38,852 nt of DNA from a virus. Its lineage: Duplodnaviria > Caudoviricetes. The notes below the pieces were generated by a model. The model was not told the DNA's origin and did no database searches. It saw only the letters and a program-made list of their open reading frames with translations. Location: positions 1 to 38,852 of IMG/VR virus record IMGVR_UViG_3300016471_000302. The stretch is one strand, 5' to 3'. Numbering within the stretch: the stretch's first letter is position 1; the number at the start of each line of letters is the position of its first letter. Shown one piece after another: positions 8,324-18,624 of the stretch. The translations under genes and the position numbers were made by a program.

Positions 8324-11300
8324 CTAGCGCCGTGCTTCGCTGGTTGTACGCTTGTTAAAGCCAGCCTTCAAGCCGATGCGGAAGGCAAAGCCAGATACGG
8401 AGACGTTCGGGTTGTCGACCGATCCAGCCGTTGACGGGTCCTCGGAGATGCCGAGCACAACGCCACGGTTCTTCTGCTCGGCAACGTGCGTCTCGAATCG
8501 ACCATCCCATTGACCCGAGTTGATGAGCGACGCCACGTCCGAGGATGTCCACGTCGTGGTCTGTGACGAACTCGGCGACGGCCCGCTGAGGTAAAGCGCG
8601 ACCGTCGGGCACGCGGTCGTCGGCTGCACGATGGTCGTCAGCACCGACGCTCGCTTGAGGCGCTCGAATCCCTGCACTTCGTGCATCGAGAACGGGGCGG
8701 TAACGAGGTTAATCGGAACGAACGTGTACGCGTTGCCCTGCAGTCGGTCAGCGAAGAAAGTGTTCTGCTGGTAGTAGAACGCCTGCTGAACCGACGTAAC
8801 GGTGTTCGTTGCCTTGCATGCGACCGACGGCTTCCCGTTGATCACCGCAAGACGGATGTTGCTCTGGCCGAGATGCATGATCGGCCATCGCATCCACGCC
8901 ATCAGCGCGTAGTTGAACACGGCCACCGAAACAGCACCGGCCTCAATTCCTTGGTGATACGTAAAATATACCTCTTGCGTCTCAGGCGAGTGCGAAACCG
9001 AGGTAATCGTCGCGTCATCGAAGCCATTGAGCCCGGTGAACTTGAGACCAACAGGCTCGACCTCGAACCCGGACTTGAGCAGTTCGATGGTGCGCTTGCT
9101 CTGGAAGAAGACGCCGACCGGAGTCTCGATGACCGAGCGGTGGTCGACGCATCCGATGCCAGACGGCAGCTTGAGTGGAGTCGAAAGCGACGGTCCGTAG
9201 CCCGTCGAGTCGGGCATCGTTCCGGCGATGACGAAGATGTCATCCGTCTTGAAGACGATGAGCGCACTCTCAATGGACGCGAGACCCGTCACCGCGCCAC
9301 CGTCGTTGAGCTGAATGGTCAGTGCGTCATTGAACCCGGGAGCCTCCGTGGGACCGAGCTCCTTGCTGAACCAGATGACCGTCGGGTCATCGGCACCACC
9401 CATCACCAAGCGGTTCTGGTGAATGCACATCGCGAGCGCCGACGGGGGCGGCACGTTGTCGAGGACGTTCCCGGTCGTGTACAGGAACGGCTCGGAGAGA
9501 AGCCCGTTGTAGTCTTTCTGCGGCCCATCGAAGAGCGAGAAGTTGTCGATGACGTAGCCGAGCGGGTTCGACGCAGCATACGGCGTCAGCGTGTTGGGAA
9601 CGACGCCACGCGTCTGGTTGCGGTTCACGACGAAGCTTGCAGACGGCGAGCTCCAGCTCGAAAGCGGCATGCGGTAGAGCACCGTCGAGTACGGCTCCGC
9701 CGTCGTGTACGGCTGCAGCGAGACGCGCTGCGCATCCGACGCTGCCGTCTTCAGACGGTTCGTTACCTCAAGTCGCGGAGCGAAGAAGCCCCACTTGAAC
9801 TGCGTGACGATGCCGCCAGTGTAGTCAGGCGCTTTATTCCCACTGCTGGAGTTGCTGGAGTTGTACCAGTCTCCCTTGATTTCCGCGCAGACCGTGTACT
9901 GCGTAGCGTTGCTCGGGGCCGAGCGAACAATGCGACCCGTGCCGTCTGTGTACTCGTACGTCCAGCGCATGAGGAAGTCGCCACCTGCGCTTGCCGGGTT
10001 GTAAATGTTGCAGGCGAGGTTGCCCCAACCGGGAGCGGACCGAGGAGCCCATAGGTACAGCGCGGTCTCCACCCCACCGTTTGGAATACCGAAAGGAAGG
10101 TTCGTCTTCGCGCCGTGCTGCTCGAAGTTTCTCGGCGTATCCTGGTAGCGACCGTAGTAGTGCTGCTTCTCGGTGTTGGCCTCGTTCCAGCCGTTCGAGT
10201 AGCTCGCCTTGCTAAAACTATACTGGGCGACACGGGGATCGGCGTAGACGGTCTCGTAGTTCTTGGCGGGCTCTCCGCCCCAGAACGTCTTGATAAAACC
10301 CCAGCCACAGCCATTTGGGTTGTTGAACCCGTTCTTGTCGTTGAGACCTGCCTCGTACTTGAACCAGGCGCGCGTGACGTTCACCACGCAATACGCGTCC
10401 TTGCCCATCGTTCCACTCCAATCGTAGAACGCGTTGGCCGAGAACGTGTTCTGCACGTTCTGCTGAGAACCTTGCAGCGTGACGATGTAGACGTCTGGCG
10501 ACACAATCGGCCAGTTCACGCTCGTCAGATCTCGCTGCGGCCACATGAGCGAGGTCGCCTCGTACGAGCTCGCACCGTCGAAGATCGACAGCGTCCCGCC
10601 ATTGATGAACGTGTAGTCCGAGAGCTGGATGAGCTTTCGCCACGACGACGGGGTCGACTTGTAGGCGATGTTGAAGATGTCCTGCGTCCCACGAGACGAG
10701 CCATCGCGCAGCGCCGCTAGCGACATGCCGACACTGTACAGCGTGCGAATGCTCGGCATGTTGAGAGGCACCGAGGTCACGCGCATCATGTTGCACGATT
10801 CAACGAAAAGACCTGGGTTGTCCTCGTACACGCAGTCTTCTGCGCCAGGATCCACCTTCTCAGATGCGGGGAATCGCACCGAGAAGGAGCTCGACATGTT
10901 GACGCGCATCAAGAACGTGTTGCGCTGGTACTCGTCACCACCAGGGCAGACCGCGCAGTAGAGCTGGTTGCCGCTGCCCTTGATGAGGCCACCGACCATG
11001 CGCCATGGACCGCCGAGAGCGCCCACCATGACGTTCGACGTGATGGATCCAGTCCAGTTGACCAGAAGCCGGTCGGTTGACTGATCCCAGCGATAGACCT
11101 CGAACATGTTGTTCGAACGCTGCGGAGCCGCTGCACCAAACGGCTCGTCTCCGTTAGGCGTCGTCGTCGTGTTTGCGCTCACCGAAGATAGCGCAATGTA
11201 CGCCACACCAGAAGAAGACTTAACGTCCCACCGATGCACGCAGTGCTCCACCTCACCATCGACAACATATTGCGTATTGGTTGTACGAACAATCCTGTCG

Positions 11301-13213
11301 GGTGCGTCAAGTGCCTGGATTGCCGCGCTTGTACCATAAATATGGCTATATGCCAAACCGCCAACAGGCCATGCAAACGGGCCGACGTGTGGAATGTTGA
11401 TATCTGTGATTGCCGTTGGGTTGTTTGGATTTCCTACCGGTGGAATGATTCCTGGACGACCATCTTCAATGGCCACTTCCGTCACATTGCCAACAGTATT
11501 AACGTACACAGACACATAGCAGATGATGGTAGCGCCGCTCCAAACAGAGCATCCTGTGTGGATGCCTGGAGTAAATCCGGTCAACCCAGCAGCAATACCA
11601 GTGATATCAATAACGGTAATTTGCTGCTTATTCGTAAGAGTAATCGGAAGTGGCGCATCTTGCGAATATGTGTGCGTTGGTCTCGGAAACGCAGGAGGAG
11701 GTCCTCCAACTGATTGATTCAGTACGGATGTATATCCAGCGATGTTCGGACCAGAAATCGTCAGAGCCAGGTACTTCACATACGTCAATGGTGCCGTCTT
11801 CAGTTCATATGACGATGTAGTACAAACATACGTCTGGGAAGTTCCGTCTGGAAGCTCACCAGTTAGCGTATACGGAGTGAGCAGATTGCTTGGAGACGCT
11901 AGTGGCGACCATTGAGCTTGCGTGTTGTATGGCGCAAGCATCTGCACAGATCCGCTCACGTTCGTCGTTCCAGTTACCGCCGCAAGAACGCTGTCGTGAT
12001 TATCCTGCGTCTGGAACCCGATGCCCGGAACTTGTGCGTTCTTGGCGCTTACTGTCAGCGATGCAGGACCTGCCGTCAGAAGGACAGTCCAAAGCTGACC
12101 GTCGAGCATTCCGGTTGGCACTGCTGGATCCGAGTAATACTGCGTGATTGCTCGCGCGGTTGCTCCGAACTCGCCCGTCTCGGTGTCTTGCTCCAGCACG
12201 ATGCCGCGAAATGCCCATGCCTCGTACCAGGTTCCAGAGACCGGTGCAGACTTGGCCATGATGTTTGTCACACTGGCGCTGATCGTATGCACTCCAGTCA
12301 CTGGGTTGACCGTCGCGAGTTCCGCGTACAAGTCGGCAGGCGCTACGCCACTCGTGTCGCTAGGGCACGAGGACCACACGATAGCCGGGACGCCGCAGAC
12401 GGAACGCTGAAGGCCAGTGATGTCGAACGAGCGGAAACAGGTCTGCCCAGTCGTTCCAAGCGCCTGCAGTGCGCTCAGCGCAAACGTGGCAAAGTTGTAC
12501 ATCTTGTACTGGATCGAACCGCCATTCTGCCATGCAGCAATGACGTTGTACTTCGATGCGCTCGTCCACAGCTTCGTCAGACGAAGGTTCAGAAGCGGGT
12601 TCGTCGTGTTCTCCTGCAGGACCGTAGGTGGAACAATGAACGAACCGTCTTCCGTCTTCTGTACTGAGTAATACAGAATATTCCCGTATGCGTTGTACGC
12701 AGCGGTCGTCATGCTGGCGTAGGCGAGATCGCTCGAAAGCTCCTGGCCCGTACGCGCACCCGAGATCCACGCCGTGAAGATGTAATCTCCGTTTGGGCTT
12801 GGGATCGAGTCGATCTCCGTGATGCTGCCACCCGAAGATGTCACGGCGTTCAGGGTGCCAACGTGCTCTGGAAGCCGATTGACCGTGCGCCATCCGTGAG
12901 ACGCATCGGCCCCAACGTACTCGTAGAGCTTTGAACCAGCCGCAAGCAGGGCACGCTCACCGACAGACGACTCGTTCACGCCAAGCGCCTCGACGTCCGG
13001 GCTCGGCACGGTATCGCCGTCGAATGCAGAGGCCGGCTGGTAGCCGGTGCCCGTCACGAGCGAGAACCCGTTGCGCTTCTCCAGGCTACCCGGATGGCGC
13101 ATCGTCACGTTGTCGGCAATCACGAGAGCCGGAGGCTTCAGGTTGTTCGGGTCCGTGTAGACATCGACACCTGCAACAACCGGAGCGTTGACGATCTGCT
13201 CGTTCGAAGCCAT
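8324..13213 (-). CDS. Tail nozzle/tubular protein B-like (P22 gp10/T7 gp12 position), 1629 aa
   Basis: N-terminal GVD..TDP...ADNV....GSLEKRNGF; C-terminal propeller-like HQNRLV..IWFS, VTGLAS..LIVFK, GIGCVDHRSVIETPVGVFF. Confidence 0.75.
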   Translation of the reverse strand: MASNEQIVNAPVVAGVDVYTDPNNLKPPALVIADNVTMRHPGSLEKRNGFSLVTGTGYQPASAFDGDTVPSPDVEALGVNESSVGERALLAAGSKLYEYVGADASHGWRTVNRLPEHVGTLNAVTSSGGSITEIDSIPSPNGDYIFTAWISGARTGQELSSDLAYASMTTAAYNAYGNILYYSVQKTEDGSFIVPPTVLQENTTNPLLNLRLTKLWTSASKYNVIAAWQNGGSIQYKMYNFATFALSALQALGTTGQTCFRSFDITGLQRSVCGVPAIVWSSCPSDTSGVAPADLYAELATVNPVTGVHTISASVTNIMAKSAPVSGTWYEAWAFRGIVLEQDTETGEFGATARAITQYYSDPAVPTGMLDGQLWTVLLTAGPASLTVSAKNAQVPGIGFQTQDNHDSVLAAVTGTTNVSGSVQMLAPYNTQAQWSPLASPSNLLTPYTLTGELPDGTSQTYVCTTSSYELKTAPLTYVKYLALTISGPNIAGYTSVLNQSVGGPPPAFPRPTHTYSQDAPLPITLTNKQQITVIDITGIAAGLTGFTPGIHTGCSVWSGATIICYVSVYVNTVGNVTEVAIEDGRPGIIPPVGNPNNPTAITDINIPHVGPFAWPVGGLAYSHIYGTSAAIQALDAPDRIVRTTNTQYVVDGEVEHCVHRWDVKSSSGVAYIALSSVSANTTTTPNGDEPFGAAAPQRSNNMFEVYRWDQSTDRLLVNWTGSITSNVMVGALGGPWRMVGGLIKGSGNQLYCAVCPGGDEYQRNTFLMRVNMSSSFSVRFPASEKVDPGAEDCVYEDNPGLFVESCNMMRVTSVPLNMPSIRTLYSVGMSLAALRDGSSRGTQDIFNIAYKSTPSSWRKLIQLSDYTFINGGTLSIFDGASSYEATSLMWPQRDLTSVNWPIVSPDVYIVTLQGSQQNVQNTFSANAFYDWSGTMGKDAYCVVNVTRAWFKYEAGLNDKNGFNNPNGCGWGFIKTFWGGEPAKNYETVYADPRVAQYSFSKASYSNGWNEANTEKQHYYGRYQDTPRNFEQHGAKTNLPFGIPNGGVETALYLWAPRSAPGWGNLACNIYNPASAGGDFLMRWTYEYTDGTGRIVRSAPSNATQYTVCAEIKGDWYNSSNSSSGNKAPDYTGGIVTQFKWGFFAPRLEVTNRLKTAASDAQRVSLQPYTTAEPYSTVLYRMPLSSWSSPSASFVVNRNQTRGVVPNTLTPYAASNPLGYVIDNFSLFDGPQKDYNGLLSEPFLYTTGNVLDNVPPPSALAMCIHQNRLVMGGADDPTVIWFSKELGPTEAPGFNDALTIQLNDGGAVTGLASIESALIVFKTDDIFVIAGTMPDSTGYGPSLSTPLKLPSGIGCVDHRSVIETPVGVFFQSKRTIELLKSGFEVEPVGLKFTGLNGFDDATITSVSHSPETQEVYFTYHQGIEAGAVSVAVFNYALMAWMRWPIMHLGQSNIRLAVINGKPSVACKATNTVTSVQQAFYYQQNTFFADRLQGNAYTFVPINLVTAPFSMHEVQGFERLKRASVLTTIVQPTTACPTVALYLSGPSPSSSQTTTWTSSDVASLINSGQWDGRFETHVAEQKNRGVVLGISEDPSTAGSVDNPNVSVSGFAFRIGLKAGFNKRTTSEARR

Positions 13214-13629
13214 CAGGTAATCTCCAGGTGCAGGCGGACCGGCGTCGTGACGTCGTTGCCTTGGTCGTCTTTCGGCGCGATGTAGCGCAACCGCATGATC
13301 TTTTGCCCGAGCGGCCCGGGAACTTCAACAACCTGCAGGTTCGGAGCCGCATATGGGGCCGAACCAGCATTCGGTGTGTTGGTCACCACCTTGGCAATGT
13401 TGAAGCCAGTCGGCACCCGTCCGAGGTTGTGAGGCACATCCACGATCTGCCCAGGCTTAAAGGTAATACCTTGTCCGGGCGCACCCTTCGTGACGCTCGT
13501 CACCGTCTGGGACGGTGGCGGCTGCTGCCGAATGGCATCCGTGGCGTCGGACACTGCGCGCTGCACTCGGTCGAGCTGCGCGTTGCCAGAAGGGCGAGGG
13601 GTAAACTGCTCGGGCTTTGCTCCCGACAT
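13213..13629 (-). CDS. Small tail protein (138 aa)
   Basis: ATG at 13629 with GGAGGT SD; V.HNLGRVP motif common in phage tail proteins; TGATG coupling to the nozzle gene. Confidence 0.7.
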   Translation of the reverse strand: MSGAKPEQFTPRPSGNAQLDRVQRAVSDATDAIRQQPPPSQTVTSVTKGAPGQGITFKPGQIVDVPHNLGRVPTGFNIAKVVTNTPNAGSAPYAAPNLQVVEVPGPLGQKIMRLRYIAPKDDQGNDVTTPVRLHLEIT

Positions 13630-13631
13630 GA

Positions 13632-15581
13632 CTACCTCCACCAACCGTAGCGGTTGCTCAGAAGCGCCGTGCGGCGAATGCGCTCCGGTTGCGCAGCATC
13701 GCGCTCGGACGCATGAAGCTGGAATCGCTGGAAGAGCTCGTCACGAATGACCTTGATGGCAGCCGCCTGCTCGACGCTCTCCTCCTTGAGGAGGCACTTA
13801 ATGGCCGCGTCCTTGATTACCCACTCATCCCAGCCAGAGCGACCATCAACCCGGTCCGTATCAACCAGCATCTTCTGCGGCGCTGGATAGTAGTAGACTC
13901 GATACGATCCACCGAGCGTATCCGGCGCAATCGAGAGAAGCTCTCGACCATACACCGTATAAATACGGTAATATGGAAGTTCGTTGCTTCCCTCGTAGAT
14001 ACCGGCCTGACGAAGCAAGTTCTGCTCGTCCCACATGAAGCGGCGCAGGGGATTGAACGTTGTCGTATTACCAACGCTCCCGCTGCCGTACCAGACGCCC
14101 TTGCACTTGTAGAAGTCGCTCTCGATGTAGGCGACAATCTGGCCCCCAGTTCCGCCTGATACATCGAGAACGATGTAGTTCGGAATGGTGGTACCAGTAC
14201 CGCCACCGTATTCGTAAATGTAGGTCGTCAAATTCAGGGGGGTCATACCAGTCGAGTATCCGATAACGATCACTCGCTGACCAAGGCGAGCTGCAGAGTC
14301 AGACTGACCTGCAGCAGTCGTGATGGTTGTCGAAACAACGCCGGTCGTTCCATTAAGTCCAACAACAACATTGGCCGTTGGACCCGCTGCAAACGATGCG
14401 TACCACACCTCGTCCGTGGCCACATCGTACGACAAAAGGCACACGCCTGGTACGTATCCAGCGGCAACAAGAGTTGGCTCGATATCAACATTGCTCATGA
14501 TGTTGAAATCGTAATACTGAGCCGACGTTGGCGCGCCCAACTGCATCGACATGTACAGCCTGTCGACTGCTGGAACGTATACAGCGGAGACAATGTGAGC
14601 TGGATAGCTCGATACAAGAACCGAGGGACCAAGTGGGCTGCACTGCACAGAGTACAAATTATCCGACGAGTCCTGCACAAACAGAACGGACGGAGACTGC
14701 GCGGAGGCAATTGTCAGGATTCTGCTGATTACGTATCCAGGAGTGAACGTATCTAGGATCGTTCCGGAAAGATCCAACCTGTAGATCGTAGACGACGACG
14801 CTGCGAAAATATCGCCAGTGTTTGGATCGAACAGTACGCCGTTTTGTACAAACGGCGGAGATCCTGCAACGGCAGCAGACGTAAATGACAACGTGGCTGG
14901 ATCAATCGACACAACTGACGACGTAGTAGTATCGATGGTAACAAGCTTGTTGTTGTTCGTGTCGTACGCAAGAGACTCAAGGATGTCGGACGAAATCACA
15001 GAGCTCGTAGCGTGAGCCCCAGTGAGCATATCCACCTTGAGGATACGACATGTGTTGGCCACGTAATCGTTGATGACGTAGTAGGCATAGTTGCCAACAA
15101 ATACGCACCCGCCAGTAAACGTGGTGTTGCTGATATATGCTGTTGAGTTTTGGAGCTGCCACGACTGGCTAGGCATCGCTGCATCGACATACCCAAACCC
15201 AGCGTTGGTCAGCGTCACACCAGTGATGGCGCCGCCAGATGCCGTAATCACACCGGTTGCCGTGGCGTTTGCACCCTGCGAAAGGGTAACGGAGGCACCG
15301 TTCACATATCCAGTTCCGCCTGCATAGATCGAGCTGATTGACCGCACGACGCCAGTGTGGAGGTCGTTTTGAATGTCGTACTCCCCCGCGCCAGTCGACG
15401 CGAAGTCGACGTAGCGCAGGAGGTACTCTTGATCGAACAGCACGATCCGGTCGTAGAGCTCGGCCCACGACTGGTTGATGTACGCACGCACCTCAGCGGA
15501 CGTAACGAACTGCGAGTTCACCATGTCGGCTTCACGCCGAACGGCCAGTTCGAGTTCAGAGAGCGTCCGTGAGTATGCCAT
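13632..15581 (-). CDS. Head-tail adaptor (tubular protein A-like) with a large internal insertion, 649 aa
   Basis: N-terminal TLSEL..AVRREADM....V...EV..YIN.S..ELYD and C-terminal DFYK...YYP.P......D......WDEWVI..AAIKCL.KEES helices; GAGGA SD. Confidence 0.7.
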   Translation of the reverse strand: MAYSRTLSELELAVRREADMVNSQFVTSAEVRAYINQSWAELYDRIVLFDQEYLLRYVDFASTGAGEYDIQNDLHTGVVRSISSIYAGGTGYVNGASVTLSQGANATATGVITASGGAITGVTLTNAGFGYVDAAMPSQSWQLQNSTAYISNTTFTGGCVFVGNYAYYVINDYVANTCRILKVDMLTGAHATSSVISSDILESLAYDTNNNKLVTIDTTTSSVVSIDPATLSFTSAAVAGSPPFVQNGVLFDPNTGDIFAASSSTIYRLDLSGTILDTFTPGYVISRILTIASAQSPSVLFVQDSSDNLYSVQCSPLGPSVLVSSYPAHIVSAVYVPAVDRLYMSMQLGAPTSAQYYDFNIMSNVDIEPTLVAAGYVPGVCLLSYDVATDEVWYASFAAGPTANVVVGLNGTTGVVSTTITTAAGQSDSAARLGQRVIVIGYSTGMTPLNLTTYIYEYGGGTGTTIPNYIVLDVSGGTGGQIVAYIESDFYKCKGVWYGSGSVGNTTTFNPLRRFMWDEQNLLRQAGIYEGSNELPYYRIYTVYGRELLSIAPDTLGGSYRVYYYPAPQKMLVDTDRVDGRSGWDEWVIKDAAIKCLLKEESVEQAAAIKVIRDELFQRFQLHASERDAAQPERIRRTALLSNRYGWWR

Positions 15582-15584
15582 GCG

Positions 15585-15839
15585 TCAATCCTCTTCTTCG
15601 TAGCTATCTTCGCCGCAGCACTTCTGCATCTCGTGGAAGAGCTGCGCTGCCTGCTTGTACTTACCCTTCGCGCCAGCTTCGAAGAAAGCCTTCGCAAGGG
15701 GCTCAAGCGTGCTCGTCATGTCCATGCCCTCACCTTCGGAATCGGAAGCGAGGGAGGGAGAGGAGGGTCGCTCCTCCCCCATCCCAGGCTTCTTCTTGCC
15801 GATGGCGATCATGAGGGCCATGCCGCCTTTGCCCTTCAT
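15585..15839 (-). CDS. Hypothetical protein (84 aa)
   Basis: ATG at 15839 in a TGATG overlap; fills the gap in the operon. Confidence 0.65.
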   Translation of the reverse strand: MKGKGGMALMIAIGKKKPGMGEERPSSPSLASDSEGEGMDMTSTLEPLAKAFFEAGAKGKYKQAAQLFHEMQKCCGEDSYEEED

Positions 15840-16234
15840 CAGGCCGGAACCGACGAAAGGGTGCAGACGAGACTGACGCACAGGTCGCCAGCCACATCGA
15901 TAGGCGCTACGGTGAGTCCCTGAAGGTCATACGCCTGAAGAACACATCCAGTCGACGAGACCGACTTGACGGCGATGTTGTTGTGCTTGGTCTTGTCAAA
16001 CGACGAGACAAAGCACGTGTTGACGTCGACAACCGAGTTGACGGTGGAGGCGTTGTCGATAGACACCGTGTAGATCGCGTTAACGCCAGCTCCGCTAGCG
16101 GTAACAGTGAGTCCACGACCGGAAACGATTCCGGTAACGGCGCCAGTCGCGTCAACGGATACGCGCGTGTGCAACGTAATCTGCTGCACAACGTTCGTAC
16201 CCTTTTGGGGGTACAGGTATCGGTTCAGTGCCAT
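15839..16234 (-). CDS. Putative capsid decoration/cement protein (131 aa)
   Basis: AAGGAG SD; beta-rich; directly downstream of the major capsid gene. Confidence 0.6.
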   Translation of the reverse strand: MALNRYLYPQKGTNVVQQITLHTRVSVDATGAVTGIVSGRGLTVTASGAGVNAIYTVSIDNASTVNSVVDVNTCFVSSFDKTKHNNIAVKSVSSTGCVLQAYDLQGLTVAPIDVAGDLCVSLVCTLSSVPA

Positions 16235-16261
16235 GATTCGGCTCCTTTCCTAGATCCTAGA

Positions 16262-17626
16262 TCAGGCGCCGAAGTTGGTGAGGATGATGTTCGCGCCCGG
16301 GTTGTTGCAGATGAACTGCCCGTAGTGGCCGAAACGGACCTCGTACTGGTCGTTGTCGCTGACGCGGAGGTAGTCGTTGTTGTCCCAGTCGAGCATCTGC
16401 GGAGCAGCGCCGAGCGTCGAAAGCTCGAACGCCGACATCTGAAGCATGAACGCCTTGTTGCGCGGGCACATGGGCGCGGCGATAATGTTCATCGGACCGT
16501 TTGCGCCGTCGTACTGGATGCTCTTGAACGAGATACCAGCAACGTTCGACTGAACACGGTCATAGACGATGTCCGAGCCGAGAGCCTTCTTGAGGTTCTG
16601 AAGATCGAGCGGGTTCACGAGGATCGTATCGGGCGAACCAACGCCCTGCACGAGCACGCGAGCCTCGCCTTCCATCAACGCCTCGTTCATCGGGAGACCA
16701 GACGTCGAGAGCACCTGGCCAGCGAGACGCACCGGGTCGACCGAACGGTTGAGACCCCAGAAGTTGTCCGTAACCGACGGGCTGGTGATCCACGCCTGGA
16801 GACCGGTCACGCAGCCAAGAGCCGAACCCGTGGACGAGTACGGGTTGACAGCGCCACCGTATCCGACGTTTCCAAGGCCAGTAGCATCGCCAGCGCGCAC
16901 AATCGAGTCACCGGAAACGATCGTTCCGATGGTTGCAGTCGTGCTCGCAACGCCAGCGACAAAGACCTGGGTCGTGAGAACGCCACTTTGGCGGTTAATA
17001 CCGGTGACGTACATACCGGTACCGTCATCCGACTCAGCGGTCGCAACACCGTAGGTGTGCTGCGTGCCGCTGCCGGTGAGATCCCAGAACTGAATTTTCA
17101 TGCCAAGCATGAAGTTCACAGCGTCGGCAGGCGTCGCAAGCGTGATCGTGAAAACGCCCGAGGCAACGGTGGGAGCACCAGAGATGACGCCACGCTTGCC
17201 GGTGCCGTCGCCGAAGAGCTGGAACTCAAGTTCCTGAAGCTCGTTCGTCGAGATGCCGTCCGTTTCGTTGTTCCAAAGGTCAACGAGAGCGCCCGAGGTG
17301 CGGACCGCAGCCTTCATGGTCTCGCCGTCCATGCGGAGGAGACCGTAGTGGCGGGTGCGGTAGACCTGGAAACGCTTGTACGAGCCGCCGCCGCCGTTGA
17401 CGCCGGCCTTGGCGATACCCTGCGAGACCTTGAAGTTCGACGACGAGCCCTGCGGACGCTCGTTCTGGAGCGCCACGACGCGGAAATCGCCATCGAAGTT
17501 CGTGGTCTTCTTGACGAGCGCGAGGAGCGGGAAGTTCTTGTAGAGCGCCTGCGGGATCGAGCCGTCCGGGTACTTGGTCTTGAGGATGGCTTGAACGGCA
17601 GAGTAGGTCGGGTTTGCGTACGGCAT
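16262..17626 (-). CDS. Major capsid protein (454 aa)
   Basis: AGGAG SD; follows portal and scaffold; HK97-like landmarks (LK..Y, PLLALVKK, QLFGDGTG, C-terminal YGQFICNNPG.N). Confidence 0.85.
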   Translation of the reverse strand: MPYANPTYSAVQAILKTKYPDGSIPQALYKNFPLLALVKKTTNFDGDFRVVALQNERPQGSSSNFKVSQGIAKAGVNGGGGSYKRFQVYRTRHYGLLRMDGETMKAAVRTSGALVDLWNNETDGISTNELQELEFQLFGDGTGKRGVISGAPTVASGVFTITLATPADAVNFMLGMKIQFWDLTGSGTQHTYGVATAESDDGTGMYVTGINRQSGVLTTQVFVAGVASTTATIGTIVSGDSIVRAGDATGLGNVGYGGAVNPYSSTGSALGCVTGLQAWITSPSVTDNFWGLNRSVDPVRLAGQVLSTSGLPMNEALMEGEARVLVQGVGSPDTILVNPLDLQNLKKALGSDIVYDRVQSNVAGISFKSIQYDGANGPMNIIAAPMCPRNKAFMLQMSAFELSTLGAAPQMLDWDNNDYLRVSDNDQYEVRFGHYGQFICNNPGANIILTNFGA

Positions 17627-17637
17627 GATTGAAACTC

Positions 17638-18624
17638 CTAGTTAGCTGGTTGCGAGGTTGCTTTTTTGACTGCGGCCAAAAGGGCAGCTTTTTGCTGGTC
17701 GGCATCGAGCTGTCCAAACGGCTTGCCAGCAGTCCGCGTCTCGCTGGCAGCCTTCGTCGAGATGGTCTTCACGCCCTTCTTCTGGGCAGAGACCGGCGCA
17801 GGTGCAGCGGCTGGAGCCGCACCAAGGCGCGAAAGCTTTCGCTTGTACTTGTCTTCGAGGTACCGAATGACGGCAATGTCCTCGGGCTGCTCGCCATGCT
17901 GGCTCTCGTGAGACTCAGCAACCGACATGGCTTCCTGCCAGAGCGACTCGACGTCGTCCTCGAACATGTTGAACAGGGTCGGGAACTTGTCCTTCGACAC
18001 CTGACGAAGGAACGACGTGCGAGCCTCAGCAATCTGAGCCTGCATCTGCCGTTCCTCGGTCTCACGGCGCATGGTCTCGCGCTCTTCGCGCAGCGCCTTG
18101 AGCTCCTGGCGAACCTCGTCGATCTCGCCAAACGCACCTTCGTGCATCTGACCCTCGCGCATGCCGGCGTCGATCAGGTCCTGGAACTCGAACCCGAACT
18201 CCTTGAACGTGCGCGCGGGGGCGCGACGCAGGCGCTTGAAGATCTCGTCGATGACCTGCTTTTGCGTGTGCTGAACGCGCTCATCCGACTTGGCGAGCTT
18301 CGCCTCCAGCTCGCGCACGCGCGACTCCGCCTGGCGCACGCGGCGCTCAGCAGCCTGACGCACAGACAGAATCTCGTCTGCGATGTCGCGCTCCTGCTCG
18401 GACTCTTCCTCGGCATCAGCGGCTTGCGCCACCTCCTCCGTCTCTTCTGCGCCTTCCTGGACCTCCTCGGTCTCGGTGGCTTCTACAGCGTCGGGCTCCG
18501 TCGCCTCGGGGGTCTCGTCGGGCGCAGCGGCTTCCGCCACATCGTCGCCAGATTCTGCCGGCGTCGCAGCCTTGATGGCCTCACTGGCCGCAGCGTTCAT
18601 GCGTGCGTAAAGATCGTCAGACAT
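17638..18624 (-). CDS. Scaffolding protein (328 aa)
   Basis: ATG at 18624 with GGAGGT SD; acidic N-terminus, coiled coil, basic C-terminus; between portal and capsid. Confidence 0.75.
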   Translation of the reverse strand: MSDDLYARMNAAASEAIKAATPAESGDDVAEAAAPDETPEATEPDAVEATETEEVQEGAEETEEVAQAADAEEESEQERDIADEILSVRQAAERRVRQAESRVRELEAKLAKSDERVQHTQKQVIDEIFKRLRRAPARTFKEFGFEFQDLIDAGMREGQMHEGAFGEIDEVRQELKALREERETMRRETEERQMQAQIAEARTSFLRQVSKDKFPTLFNMFEDDVESLWQEAMSVAESHESQHGEQPEDIAVIRYLEDKYKRKLSRLGAAPAAAPAPVSAQKKGVKTISTKAASETRTAGKPFGQLDADQQKAALLAAVKKATSQPAN

